From Kudoa neothunni (lineage: Eukaryota; Animalia; Cnidaria): 64,000 nt of DNA. The notes below the pieces were generated by a model. The model was not told the DNA's origin. It made no database searches and saw nothing but the letters and a program-made list of their open reading frames with translations. Where the stretch lies: contig OZ199839.1 of assembly GCA_964304625.1 (NCBI GenBank), forward strand, positions 883,616 through 947,615, written 5' to 3'. Positions 1-9,742 of the stretch are shown in pieces (position 1 is the first letter of the stretch; the number at the start of each line of letters is the position of its first letter). A program made the position numbers and the translations under genes.

Positions 1-1593
1 TAGAGGTATCTAAACTGCTCCTGTATTTGTTTCAACTAAGTCATCACTACGATTAAATTAATCCATATTTCAATATGCAACTATTACCCCCAATAAAACA
101 ACCTCTGGATGGTTTGGAGTTATAATTGTGTAAGCATTGAAAGATCCCTGTATTCCTTCGAATAACGGATCATTATCAGCACATGGTTCACTATTATCAT
201 TAAAGCAATTTGACGATTTACCATCCTTGTCGTATCTGCCCTCATTATTTGTAGTGTAGCATTTGTCTATACAAATATAATTTTAATATAAATTATTATC
301 TACCTTCTACTTGAAGTTAAAGCTAAAGTAAATCTCTTTTTTTCTATAACGGCGTTAGCACAGTGACATAAAAACCCTGCCAATGATTCACTCTCTGAGC
401 GTGATATCACGTAAACATCAAATATACATTGTTTGGCATTAGATTCCTTGAAACAGCCGAGATTTTCGATTTCTTCCGGACACTCTGGAGGAGTTATACC
501 CACTAATTTTTAGATTCTATGCTAATAATTAGAATTAATCGAACAAATTTACCAATTTCTTTAAAGTCACTAGGCATAGGTGGGTGCATTGCTCCTAGGT
601 TAACTATTTCATATCGTTATATTTGCTACATAGAATTAACTACCCTTATTTGGTTTACTTGTATTAGGATGAGTATGAACAATTTGTGAAGGTGATTCTT
701 TAATATTGTCACCGGATATTGTACTAGGAATAATCGGGTTTGACATAGATGGTGCTCCATTACTCTCTGCTTGAGTGATTACACCTCCGTTCGGTGGTTC
801 TTGAGGAGCAATGGTGGTCGGATTGTCAGAAACGTGCCCTATTTTATTTGAGGGAGGCTTAATAACTGCGTTTGGATAGTCTTCAGATAGATTATGTCCC
901 GGTTGGAATGTTTCGGGTTGCGCTGGACCGTCTGTTGCTTCTGATTGTTCCGGATATGCTGGCATTTCGGGTTTTTTTGTTTTTTCTGATTCAGTGGTCA
1001 CATCTGATTCTATTCCATCGCTTGAAGTATCTGGAGTTTTCTGGCCCAATTGGTGCCTCTAATTCTGTTGGTTTTTCTGGCTCATCGGTTTCATCCGAAA
1101 TATTTGGCTGTTCTGATTCAGTTGGATTTTCTGTCTCAGTAAATTGTTCAGGCTCATCTGGCTTTTCTGGTTCAGTCGGGTTTTCTGATTCTGTAGGATT
1201 TTCCGATATAGATGGTTTACCAAGTTCAGTAGGTTTCTCCGATTCAGGTGATTGTTCTGGTTTCGTTGGTCCAACCGATCTAGTTGTTTTTTCTGATCTC
1301 ATCGATTTTAATGGGAATGTAAGTTCCCGGCGCTTTTGATTTTTGTTGTATTCAAGGGCATTTGTATAAGTTGACAGTTGATCAATTACATTAGATCGGT
1401 GAATTTCAACATTTCATAGTTTGGATATTGAAATTTTGTCTTCTTTATGGTTTATGAATCCATCTCTTGCCCACTTATGATCATTTCTATACCATTTATT
1501 TTCTAAATAAACGATAAATTATTAATTTTTTAAATATGCTTTAAAAGTTTAGACGTTGAAACACTTATTTCATTCAGTTTCTCTTGTAGTCTG

Positions 1594-1797
1594 TGTCATA
1601 ATCCGAGAATCACGATCCCTCACAATAAAGAGGGAAGTCGTTCCCGGGTGGGAGACCCGGTGCAGACCGAGGGGAGGCCCACGCTACACGGAGATATAGA
1701 CAGACACGACTAAACTGGGAGGAATACCATCACTACCTTTAGTCTATTTTATTCCAGTTCTCTTTCTTTTGCGCGGCCTTAATCCCAAACTATAACA
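1594..1797 (+). repeat. 5' LTR of outer Gypsy element
   Basis: Direct repeat of 9539-9742, 202/204 identical (two C/T differences). Confidence 0.95.
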
Positions 1798-1800
1798 ACT

Positions 1801-1812
1801 TGGCGACGAGGA
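1801..1812 (+). promoter_or_regulatory. Primer-binding site TGGCGACGAGGA (complementary to tRNA-Ser(GCU) 3' end)
   Basis: Lies 3 nt after the 5' LTR; complement of ...UCCUCGUCGCCA. Confidence 0.8.
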
Positions 1813-1853
1813 CCATTACTACTACTACTGCTACTATTACTGCTGAAAAAAAA

Positions 1854-4800
1854 ATGAAAATTACGAGATACGATTCTTCTCAAGATATTCAATGCTGGAT
1901 TGAACAAGTCCGAGAATACTTCACTTTTGGTTCCATTGTGGATGAAACAAAACAAAAGTCGACAATTCTCCTCAATCTCAATCCCAATGAATACAAAGAA
2001 CTACAGGCAGAAATATTCCCTTCGACGTTTACCGAAGTTACCGTAGGGGAGGTGCAAGAAGCTCTTATTAGATGCTTTGCCCCCAAGGTAAACACTATTG
2101 CGCTAAGAGGAAGGTTCCATCGAAGAGATCAACTAGATCATGAAACGATCTCGGAATATATTATATATTCGAGAGCTAAAAAAGTTAGCAATTGGATGTA
2201 ACTTTGGATCTAACCTCCGAGAAAACCTTCGAGACCGACTTATTAATGGTATGAAGTCTCAAACATTTCGAGCGGAGCTACTCAACCTGGAGGATCCAAC
2301 ATGGGATGCCGCGATTTCCATCTTAGCGGATAGAGAAGCGGCTGAATGCGGAGCTAAGATTTCACAACCGATAAAGCCGGAACCAATATATAAGACGATG
2401 GTGGTCAAAGGAAAATGTTACTCCTGTGGAAAGCCAGGCCACCATAGAGAGCAATGCATGCATAGAAATGATATATGCGAATTTTGCAAGAAAAAGGGGC
2501 ACGTCCAAGAAGCGTGTTTCTCCAAAAGAAATCAACGGAAAAATCGAGTCCACATAGTTGAAACGCCTTCTGAGAGTGTTAGACATCGTTTTGATGATTG
2601 CGATGTAATGCATATGTATAACGACAGCTTTGTTAAACCTATGATGATGGACATACTCACGCAGTTTGGCAAAATTAAATTCGAAGTGGATACTGGCTCT
2701 GGTAGAACCATAGTACCATATGAAACATTGAAACAATTGTCGAACGGCAATGAACTTAGAGTGAAGCGCTCGAACACTTTATTGAGAGACTACAGTGGAA
2801 ACGAAATTAAAGTGGTTGGTGCGTACCCTCTGCGAATGAGAAGGAAAGGAACTGACGAAACAATCGATTGTATTATAGTTGAATCATCAAATCGACCCCT
2901 TCTCGGACGCGACGCCATTAAGAAATTGAACATTCAGATAGAAGAATGTTATGCTGTAGAGCAACTTGATTACGTGACGGAGTTTCCAAATGTATTCGAC
3001 GCTAACGACAATGCTCCGGTGAAATCTTACAAGGTAAAGCTGCACATTAAAATTGGTTTTTCCCCAATATTTTGCAAAGCTAGAAGAGTGCCATATGCTT
3101 TGGAGGGAAAAGTTGATGTGGAGCTGGATCGACTGCAAAAACAGGGAATTTTGGAACCTGTGAACTATTCGGATTGGGCGTCACCAACCGTCAACGTGCT
3201 AAAATCCAATGGAAAGATTAGAATCTGTGGTGATTATAAAATGACGATAAACAAAGCTCTGAATGCGGAGATCTATCCTTTGCCTGTGCCAGAAGACATT
3301 TTCAATCAAATGAAGGATGGATGTTATTTCTCAAAACTTGACCTATCATTTGCTTATCTACAACTTGAAGTGGACGAGGAAGACAGGAAGTATCTAACGA
3401 TCAATACACATAGAGGCTTATATCAATACAAGAGACTCAACTATGGAGTCAGTGCTGCACCCTCTATATTTCAACAATTTATGGACAACGTTCTGAAGAA
3501 CATTAAGGGTGTATGTTGCTACATTGATGATATCATTATCAGTGGATCGTCATACCTTGAGCACAATGCTAGAGTTACGGAGGTGCTAAAGAGGTTAGAA
3601 AACTTCAATATTAAAGTGAAACCAGAAAAATGTGCCTTCGGTGTCCAAGAACTATCGTACTTGGGACATTTGGTTTCAAAAGATGGCATTAAACCTCTCA
3701 AAGATAAGGTGAAAGCAGTGCTAGAATGCCCCGAACCAAAGAATGTGAATGAGCTGCGATCATGGATTGGTTTAATTAATTACTACGCCAAATTCATCCC
3801 TAACTTGGCTTCAATTATTGCACCCTTAGCTACACTATTAAAGAAGAATGTGAAATATGCATGGAGTGAACAATGTCAACAAGCTTTCGATGAATCTAAG
3901 CTGGCCCTTTCAACGGATAAATGTTTGGTATACTATAATCCGTCATTCCCTATTACTCTGACGACAGATGCTTCAATGAATGGACTTGGAGCAGTCTTGT
4001 CACATACCTACGCTGATGGATCCGAGAGACCGATAATGTTTGCATCCCGATCATTAACAAATGCCGAAAAAAATTACAGTCAGTTAGAACGAGAAGGGTT
4101 GGCAATCATCTTCGGATGTAAGAAATTTCACAAATACATCTATGGAAGAGAGTTTACGATTCTCTGTGATAATTTCCCAGTGACTTCGTTACTCCAAGAA
4201 TCCAAACCCATTCCATTAGTTTCGACGTCTCGAATCCAACGATGGGCGATTTTTCTTACAAATTACAAATATAAGATTAGATTCAAGTCTGGAAGAGCAA
4301 ACTCCAATGCGGATGCCATGTCACGGTTGCCAATCGAAGATAACATTCAACTTGAGACTGAATGCTATTAATTATCAATGGAAGGAAATATCCCGATCAA
4401 TCAGAGAAAACTCCAAGCAGAGACAAGAAACGATGATGTAATGCAAAGAGTGATATATTTCGTCCAGAATGGATGGCCCAACAAATGTCCGGAGGAGGAA
4501 CTTAAGCCATACTTCTTCCGAAGAACAAATCTGAGCACCACCAATAATTGCCTTGTGTTTGGAATGAGAATGGTCATCCCCAAAACACTGCAAAAAACCA
4601 TGTTACATGAACTTCATTGGACCCACATTGGAGTGGAGAAAATGAAGAGTTTAGCGAGGCTGTATGTGTGGTGGCCAACGATGGATGGTGAAATAGAACA
4701 CTTGAGTGAGAGTTGTATGGAATGCAAACGTTTCGCTCGCTCCCCAAAGAAGTTCAACATTATAAGCTGGGAATTCGCGTCAAAACCGTTGGACCGCCTC

Positions 4801-4882
4801 CAAATTGATTATGCTGAATACAAAGGAACGAACTACTTAGTGATGGTTGATGCATATTCGCGTTGGATTGAAGCATACCCAA
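1854..4882 (+). pseudogene. Outer element gag-pol, 5' part (Gag, PR, RT, RNase H, N-terminal integrase)
   Basis: ATG 1854; frameshift from a 7-bp duplication at 2156-2169; in-frame TAA 4369-4371; truncated by the nested insertion after ...WIEAYP. Confidence 0.9.
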
Positions 4883-4980
4883 TGTTACCAAGGTGATTAT
4901 TAGTAATCAACCGTTTAGTATTCCTAGTTCGATATATATCGTAGCTTTTAATAATATGGCCTCTATGCATGCAGCTAACA
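4883..4980 (+). repeat. 5' LTR of inner Gypsy element
   Basis: Direct repeat of 8704-8801 with one A/T difference; contains palindrome CGATATATATCG and ATGs at 4956 and 4965. Confidence 0.95.
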
Positions 4981-7900
4981 TTGGCGCAGTGGCTAAAGTG
5001 GAACCTTTTAATGGACGGAATGTTGATGCTTGGATAGCAAAACTGGAGATACTATTGCTGCATGACGGAATTCTACCTGAGAGGTGGACGTTAGAGTTGC
5101 TTGTATTATTATCGGCTGACGTATTCCAAATTGTTCAGGAGGCTGGATACACAATAAATTCATCCTACCACGAAATAAAGGCTTATTTAACAGCAAGATT
5201 TGGTGAGAAAAAAGATAGATACGTGGCACAGAGAGAATTGGTGGATTGTGTGCAGAGAGAAGGGCAAACAATAACTGAGTTTGCGGAAGAAATCAGGAGG
5301 AAAACCCGATTGGCTCACAGCAATATCCCTGAGAATGCAAAGGAAGAGATCGCAAAAAACCAGTTCATACATGGTTTGAGTAACAGCGAAACGAAAAGAA
5401 CTTTGCTTGTGAAGGATTTTGAGTCATTCGATTTGGTATACCAATTCGCGGAACGTTTAGAATTCGCTGCGAGCAAATTTAACACCCGCGCCGAAAACGG
5501 AAGGAATGAAGTTTTGGCTATGGATTCGCAAAATATTATCCAAAGATTGATCGACCGCCTGGATGAGTTGGAAAAGACACTCGTAAAAAAGAAGAAGACG
5601 CTGAGATGCTTCAAATGTGGCCAGAAAGGACACATAAAAAACAATTGCAAACTATATAAATCTAGTGGTTTTAAATATGTGGATTTTTTATTTCTGCATT
5701 GCCATATTAATGGAAAAGATATTAGAGCATTAATTGATACAGGAGCGCAAGTTTCCTTGGTTAGTTTATCATTTGTCAATAAGAGCGGTATTCCTCTGCT
5801 GAGGGCGAAGGATGAGTTACCACTGGTGGCAGCCACAGGAAATAGACTAAATATCAAAGGAACCATAGACGTGTCACTTCAGTATAATGGGAAAGAGTGT
5901 AGAAAAAAGTTATTAGTTGTCGAAAATTTGATACATGATTGTATCATTGGTCTCAATATTTTGAAAGTATGGAATTTTGAGCTTATAATTGACAGTGAAC
6001 GTATATCAAATAACGTTGAGAAACCTATAATAGCTCCCGTTATCGGTAATTGTGGAATCAAGTCAATGACGAGAAAAGTAGCTGTGGTGCATAAAATTGA
6101 TACAAACAATACCAAACCAATAAAAGATTTTAAAAGAAGAATACCATACCACAAAAGAAAACAAATGAATGAGATAATTAGTTCAATGCTGGAGCGTGGT
6201 ATTATTGAGGAATCTAATTCGGATTGGGCTTTCAATTCTGTTTTGGTTCCAAAGAAAAATGGAAAGTGGAGATTATGTGTTGACTATAGAAGGTTAAACG
6301 CAGTGACAGTGAAAGATTCATATCCACTTCCGAGGATTGATGATGTCATGGATACATTGGGTAATGCTAATGTATTCACGGTGTTAGATTTGAAAGATGG
6401 ATACCATCACATACCTATAGATATTAAAGATAAACAAAAGACCGCATTCTATGGTGTTGATGATTTGTATCAATTTGTCAAGATGCCGTTTGGACTGTGC
6501 AATGCACCAGCCACTTTTCAAAGGATGATTAACCTGATTTTGAAAGAATGTATTGGTGTCTGTTGTCTTGTGTATCTTGATGATATAATTATATTCAGTA
6601 AAGATTTGGAAACTAACAAAAATGACGTGAGGAAAATTGTTACATTATTAGAGTTGTATAACTTGAAAATTAATAACGAAAAATCAGTTTATTACAAAAG
6701 CGAAGTTACATTTTTGGGACATGTTATCAATGCTGATGGAATCAAACCAGATAAAAATAAAGTGAAAGCAATTAAAAATTGGCCTACCCCAACGAAAATT
6801 GTTGAATTACAATGTTTCCTTGGTTTGCTTAACTATTATAGAAGATTCATTGATAAATTCTCTCAAATTTCGAATCCTCTGTGTCGTTTGTTACGGAACG
6901 ACGTACCGTGGAATTGGTCGCCAGAATGTCAAAAATCATTTGATATGCTAAAAAAGAAATTAATGGAATGTGTATTGTTGGCACATCCGAATTGGAATGA
7001 ATCATTTATTTTGGATACTGATGCCAGTAATCAATCTATTGGAGCAGTTTTGTCGCAAGTAATTGATGGGGAGGAGCGAGTGGTCGCTTTCGCTAGTAGA
7101 TCGTTATTAGATCGAGAAAGGAATTATAGTGTTACGAGAAAAGAACTCTTGGCTCTGGTTCATTTTATAAATCATTTCAAATTTTACCTCCATGGAAAAA
7201 AATTCTTAGCGAGAACTGACCACCATGCGTTGAAGTGGCTATTGTCTTTTAAAAAGCCAGAAGGTCAGGTAGCTAGATGGTTGAAGCATTTGAGTCAATA
7301 CGAATTCGATGTTGTTTACAGAGAAGGTAAGATGCATGGAAATGCAGATGCTTTATCTCGAGTTCCTGAAATAACCCAAGCTTTGGCTCTATCGATACAA
7401 GGATTATCAAATGATGTTATTATCAATAGACAACGCAATGACGCCATTCTGAATAAAATTATCGGCTGGATTGAGAGTAATCGAATGCCAAAGAAGGTTC
7501 CTAAAGAGTTGGATAAACGGATACAAACATTATGGCTGTTGAGGAAATGCTTACGCTTGGATAATAGTATTCTATGTAGAGAATTTGTTGACCCTAAAAC
7601 AAAGGAAGTTACATTACGTGTTGTGATACCTGAAAGCTTAAAATCAATGATATTGGAGTTGGCACATGATAATGTTACAAGTGGTCATCTAGGACATGAA
7701 AAAGTTGCCCAAAATATACGCAGAAACTATTATTGGCCATTACAAAATGTGGATATAAAAAATTGGTGTCAATCCTGTGAAATATGCGCTCGGAGGAACC
7801 GACCCACCAGAAAGTTTGTATCAGAAATGGATACAAGTGTGTCAAGTTATCCGATGGAACGGATTGCTATTGATATGGTTGGACCGTTACCCACTACATA

Positions 7901-8717
7901 TAAGGGGAATCGATTCATTTGTGTAGTTCAAGATTATTTTACAAAATGGGGAGAAGCCATTCCTATGAAGGACCAAGAAGCACATACTGTGGTCAGGAAG
8001 TTAACGGGTGCTGTATTTTCAAAATTTGGACTCCCATCGGTAATTCACACTGACCAAGGAACAAATTTTGAATCGAAACTTTTTCAAAATATGTGTAAAA
8101 TGTTCGGCATATCAAAAACAAGAACATGTGCATTTAACCCAAAATCGGATGGGATGGTAGAAAGACTGAATCGAACGTTGATTGATATGGTGAGCAAGCT
8201 TGTCCATAAGGACAACGAGTGGGATACCTTATTACCTACAGTGATGATGGCTTACCGATCATCAACCCATAGTTCAACTGGATATTCTCCAAATTATTTG
8301 ATGCTGGGAAGGGAAGTACGAACACCACTTGAAACGATATCTCAACTAAACGCACATAATTATTCACATGATGACTATGTTAAATGCATTGGAACTGATC
8401 TGAGACTGGCGAAACAAATTGCATTGGATAACCTCAAAGCTAATTTGGGCAGGACTAAGACTGCCTACAATAAAAAAGCCTATGGAAAACCTTATAACCC
8501 AGGTGAAAAAGTTTGGTTGGTCATTAATAATAGACAAAGTAAATTGGAACCATATTACAAAGGCCCCTACGTAGTTAAAGAAAAATTGTCTGACTCTGTC
8601 TATAGACTAGAGGGACAAGGTAAAGTTTTGGTGACTAATTTTGATAAATTAAAACCCTTCATTCAACGACGGTTGATAGAAGACAATTTTGAAGAGGATG
8701 CAATGTTACCAAGGTGA
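4956..8717 (+). CDS. Single-ORF Gag-Pol polyprotein, 1,253 aa
   Basis: CCHC CFKCGQKGHIKNNC; protease LIDTGA; RT YLDD; RNase H DTDAS/ELLA/RTDH/NADALSR; integrase HHCC, IAIDMVG...TDQG...VER and GPY motif; no stop or frameshift. Confidence 0.93.
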   Translation: MASMHAANIGAVAKVEPFNGRNVDAWIAKLEILLLHDGILPERWTLELLVLLSADVFQIVQEAGYTINSSYHEIKAYLTARFGEKKDRYVAQRELVDCVQREGQTITEFAEEIRRKTRLAHSNIPENAKEEIAKNQFIHGLSNSETKRTLLVKDFESFDLVYQFAERLEFAASKFNTRAENGRNEVLAMDSQNIIQRLIDRLDELEKTLVKKKKTLRCFKCGQKGHIKNNCKLYKSSGFKYVDFLFLHCHINGKDIRALIDTGAQVSLVSLSFVNKSGIPLLRAKDELPLVAATGNRLNIKGTIDVSLQYNGKECRKKLLVVENLIHDCIIGLNILKVWNFELIIDSERISNNVEKPIIAPVIGNCGIKSMTRKVAVVHKIDTNNTKPIKDFKRRIPYHKRKQMNEIISSMLERGIIEESNSDWAFNSVLVPKKNGKWRLCVDYRRLNAVTVKDSYPLPRIDDVMDTLGNANVFTVLDLKDGYHHIPIDIKDKQKTAFYGVDDLYQFVKMPFGLCNAPATFQRMINLILKECIGVCCLVYLDDIIIFSKDLETNKNDVRKIVTLLELYNLKINNEKSVYYKSEVTFLGHVINADGIKPDKNKVKAIKNWPTPTKIVELQCFLGLLNYYRRFIDKFSQISNPLCRLLRNDVPWNWSPECQKSFDMLKKKLMECVLLAHPNWNESFILDTDASNQSIGAVLSQVIDGEERVVAFASRSLLDRERNYSVTRKELLALVHFINHFKFYLHGKKFLARTDHHALKWLLSFKKPEGQVARWLKHLSQYEFDVVYREGKMHGNADALSRVPEITQALALSIQGLSNDVIINRQRNDAILNKIIGWIESNRMPKKVPKELDKRIQTLWLLRKCLRLDNSILCREFVDPKTKEVTLRVVIPESLKSMILELAHDNVTSGHLGHEKVAQNIRRNYYWPLQNVDIKNWCQSCEICARRNRPTRKFVSEMDTSVSSYPMERIAIDMVGPLPTTYKGNRFICVVQDYFTKWGEAIPMKDQEAHTVVRKLTGAVFSKFGLPSVIHTDQGTNFESKLFQNMCKMFGISKTRTCAFNPKSDGMVERLNRTLIDMVSKLVHKDNEWDTLLPTVMMAYRSSTHSSTGYSPNYLMLGREVRTPLETISQLNAHNYSHDDYVKCIGTDLRLAKQIALDNLKANLGRTKTAYNKKAYGKPYNPGEKVWLVINNRQSKLEPYYKGPYVVKEKLSDSVYRLEGQGKVLVTNFDKLKPFIQRRLIEDNFEEDAMLPR

Positions 8718-8801
8718 TTATTAGTAATCAACCGTTTAGTATTCCTAGTTCGATATATATCGTAGCTTTTTATAATATGGCCTCTATGCATGCAGCTAAC
8801 A
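8704..8801 (+). repeat. 3' LTR of inner Gypsy element
   Basis: Copy of 4883-4980; contains the pol stop codon TGA 8715-8717. Confidence 0.95.
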
Positions 8802-9546
8802 CCCAACGAAATCCACTACCGCGATGGCCACGATAAGATTGCTAAAGGACTTCATCGGCAGATTTGGGATTCCAATCTGTATTGTAAGCGACAATGGACC
8901 GCAATTTGCCAGCGGAGAATTCAAGGAGTTTTGTCAATCTCTGGACATCAAACTGAAGTTTTGCCCTCCATATCACCCACAATCCAACGGGTTGGCAGAG
9001 AGATATGTGGGCGTGCTAAAACAATATTTGAAAAAGCAATGGGGTGCTGGAAAACCACTGGACGTGAGTGAATTTTTGTTTGCGTATAGGAATGTACCAC
9101 ACACTATAACGCAAGAAACCCCAAGTAAGAGATTTTTGAACAGGGAAGTGAGGACCAAATTGTCGAATTTGAAACCAACTCATGTTACACCGTTATACAC
9201 TAACCTAACGGTGTTCAGGGTCTTCAAAGAAAACCAACTGGTAGGAGTGAAAAACCATTTGAATGGCCAATTTGACTAAGGAAATGTGCTGAAAAGAGTT
9301 GGAAAGGTTACCTATAAAGTAAGTGTAAACGACAAGATAAAAACGACACATGTAGACGACTTGATCAATATCGAGTCAGATCGAGGATGTAGTGATTCTG
9401 ATTACAAGACTCCACCTCAATCCCTTAGCGAACCGGATGTCGAAGAAACACCGCTTCGCCAACCACTTAGACGCTCTGAGCGTAAAAGAAAACCGCCCAC
9501 AATGTACCAAGTCACATTTAAAAGAAAGGCGGAGAGGATGTCATAA
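8802..9546 (+). pseudogene. Outer element integrase, 3' part
   Basis: Removing the insert and one TSD restores EAYPTKSTTAMATIRLL...SDNGPQF...SNGLAER; in-frame TAA 9277-9279; the frame ends at TAA 9544-9546 inside the 3' LTR. Confidence 0.9.
9520..9538 (+). promoter_or_regulatory. Polypurine tract of outer element
   Basis: AAAAGAAAGGCGGAGAGGA immediately before the 3' LTR. Confidence 0.85.
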
Positions 9547-9742
9547 TTCGAGAATCACGATCCCTCACAATAAAGAGGGAAGTCGTTCCCGGGTGGGAGA
9601 CCCGGTGCAGACCGAGGGGAGGCCCACGCTACACGGAGATATAGACAGACACGACTAAACTGGGAGGAATATCATCACTACCTTTAGTCTATTTTATTCC
9701 AGTTCTCTTTCTTTTGCGCGGCCTTAATCCCAAACTATAACA
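9539..9742 (+). repeat. 3' LTR of outer Gypsy element
   Basis: Direct repeat of 1594-1797 followed by TSD GTCTG. Confidence 0.95.

Larger units (their letters stand above)
4883..8801 (+). mobile_element. Nested, intact, very compact Ty3/Gypsy LTR retrotransposon (3,919 bp)
   Basis: 98-bp LTRs TGTTA...TAACA (97/98 identical); TSD CCCAA (4878-4882, 8802-8806); PBS TGGCGCAGTGG from 4982; purine-rich GAAGAGGATGCAA before the 3' LTR; uninterrupted gag-pol ORF. Confidence 0.95.
1594..9742 (+). mobile_element. Ty3/Gypsy LTR retrotransposon (Mag-like), decayed, hosting a nested element
   Basis: 204-bp LTRs TGT...ACA with 2 mismatches; 5-bp TSD GTCTG (1589-1593, 9743-9747); PBS; PPT; two CCHC knuckles, protease VDTGS, RT YIDD, RNase H, integrase in Gypsy order. 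About 4.2 kb without the nested insert. Confidence 0.95.

Noticed and set aside
872-1339. 155-aa plus-strand Ser/Gly/Phe ORF
   Set aside because: Antisense of the PTE-rich stalk of copy 1.
4880-4896. Inner LTR apparently 101 bp, ORF start at GTG 4893, and identical MLPR C-termini on two ORFs
   Set aside because: The shared CAA before both LTRs comes from the TSD on one side and the PPT on the other; TG...CA ends and TSD CCCAA fix 98 bp. ATG 4956/4965 is the more plausible start.
9392-9658. Possible env or accessory ORF of the outer element
   Set aside because: Short alternative frame running into the LTR, with no signal peptide or TM.
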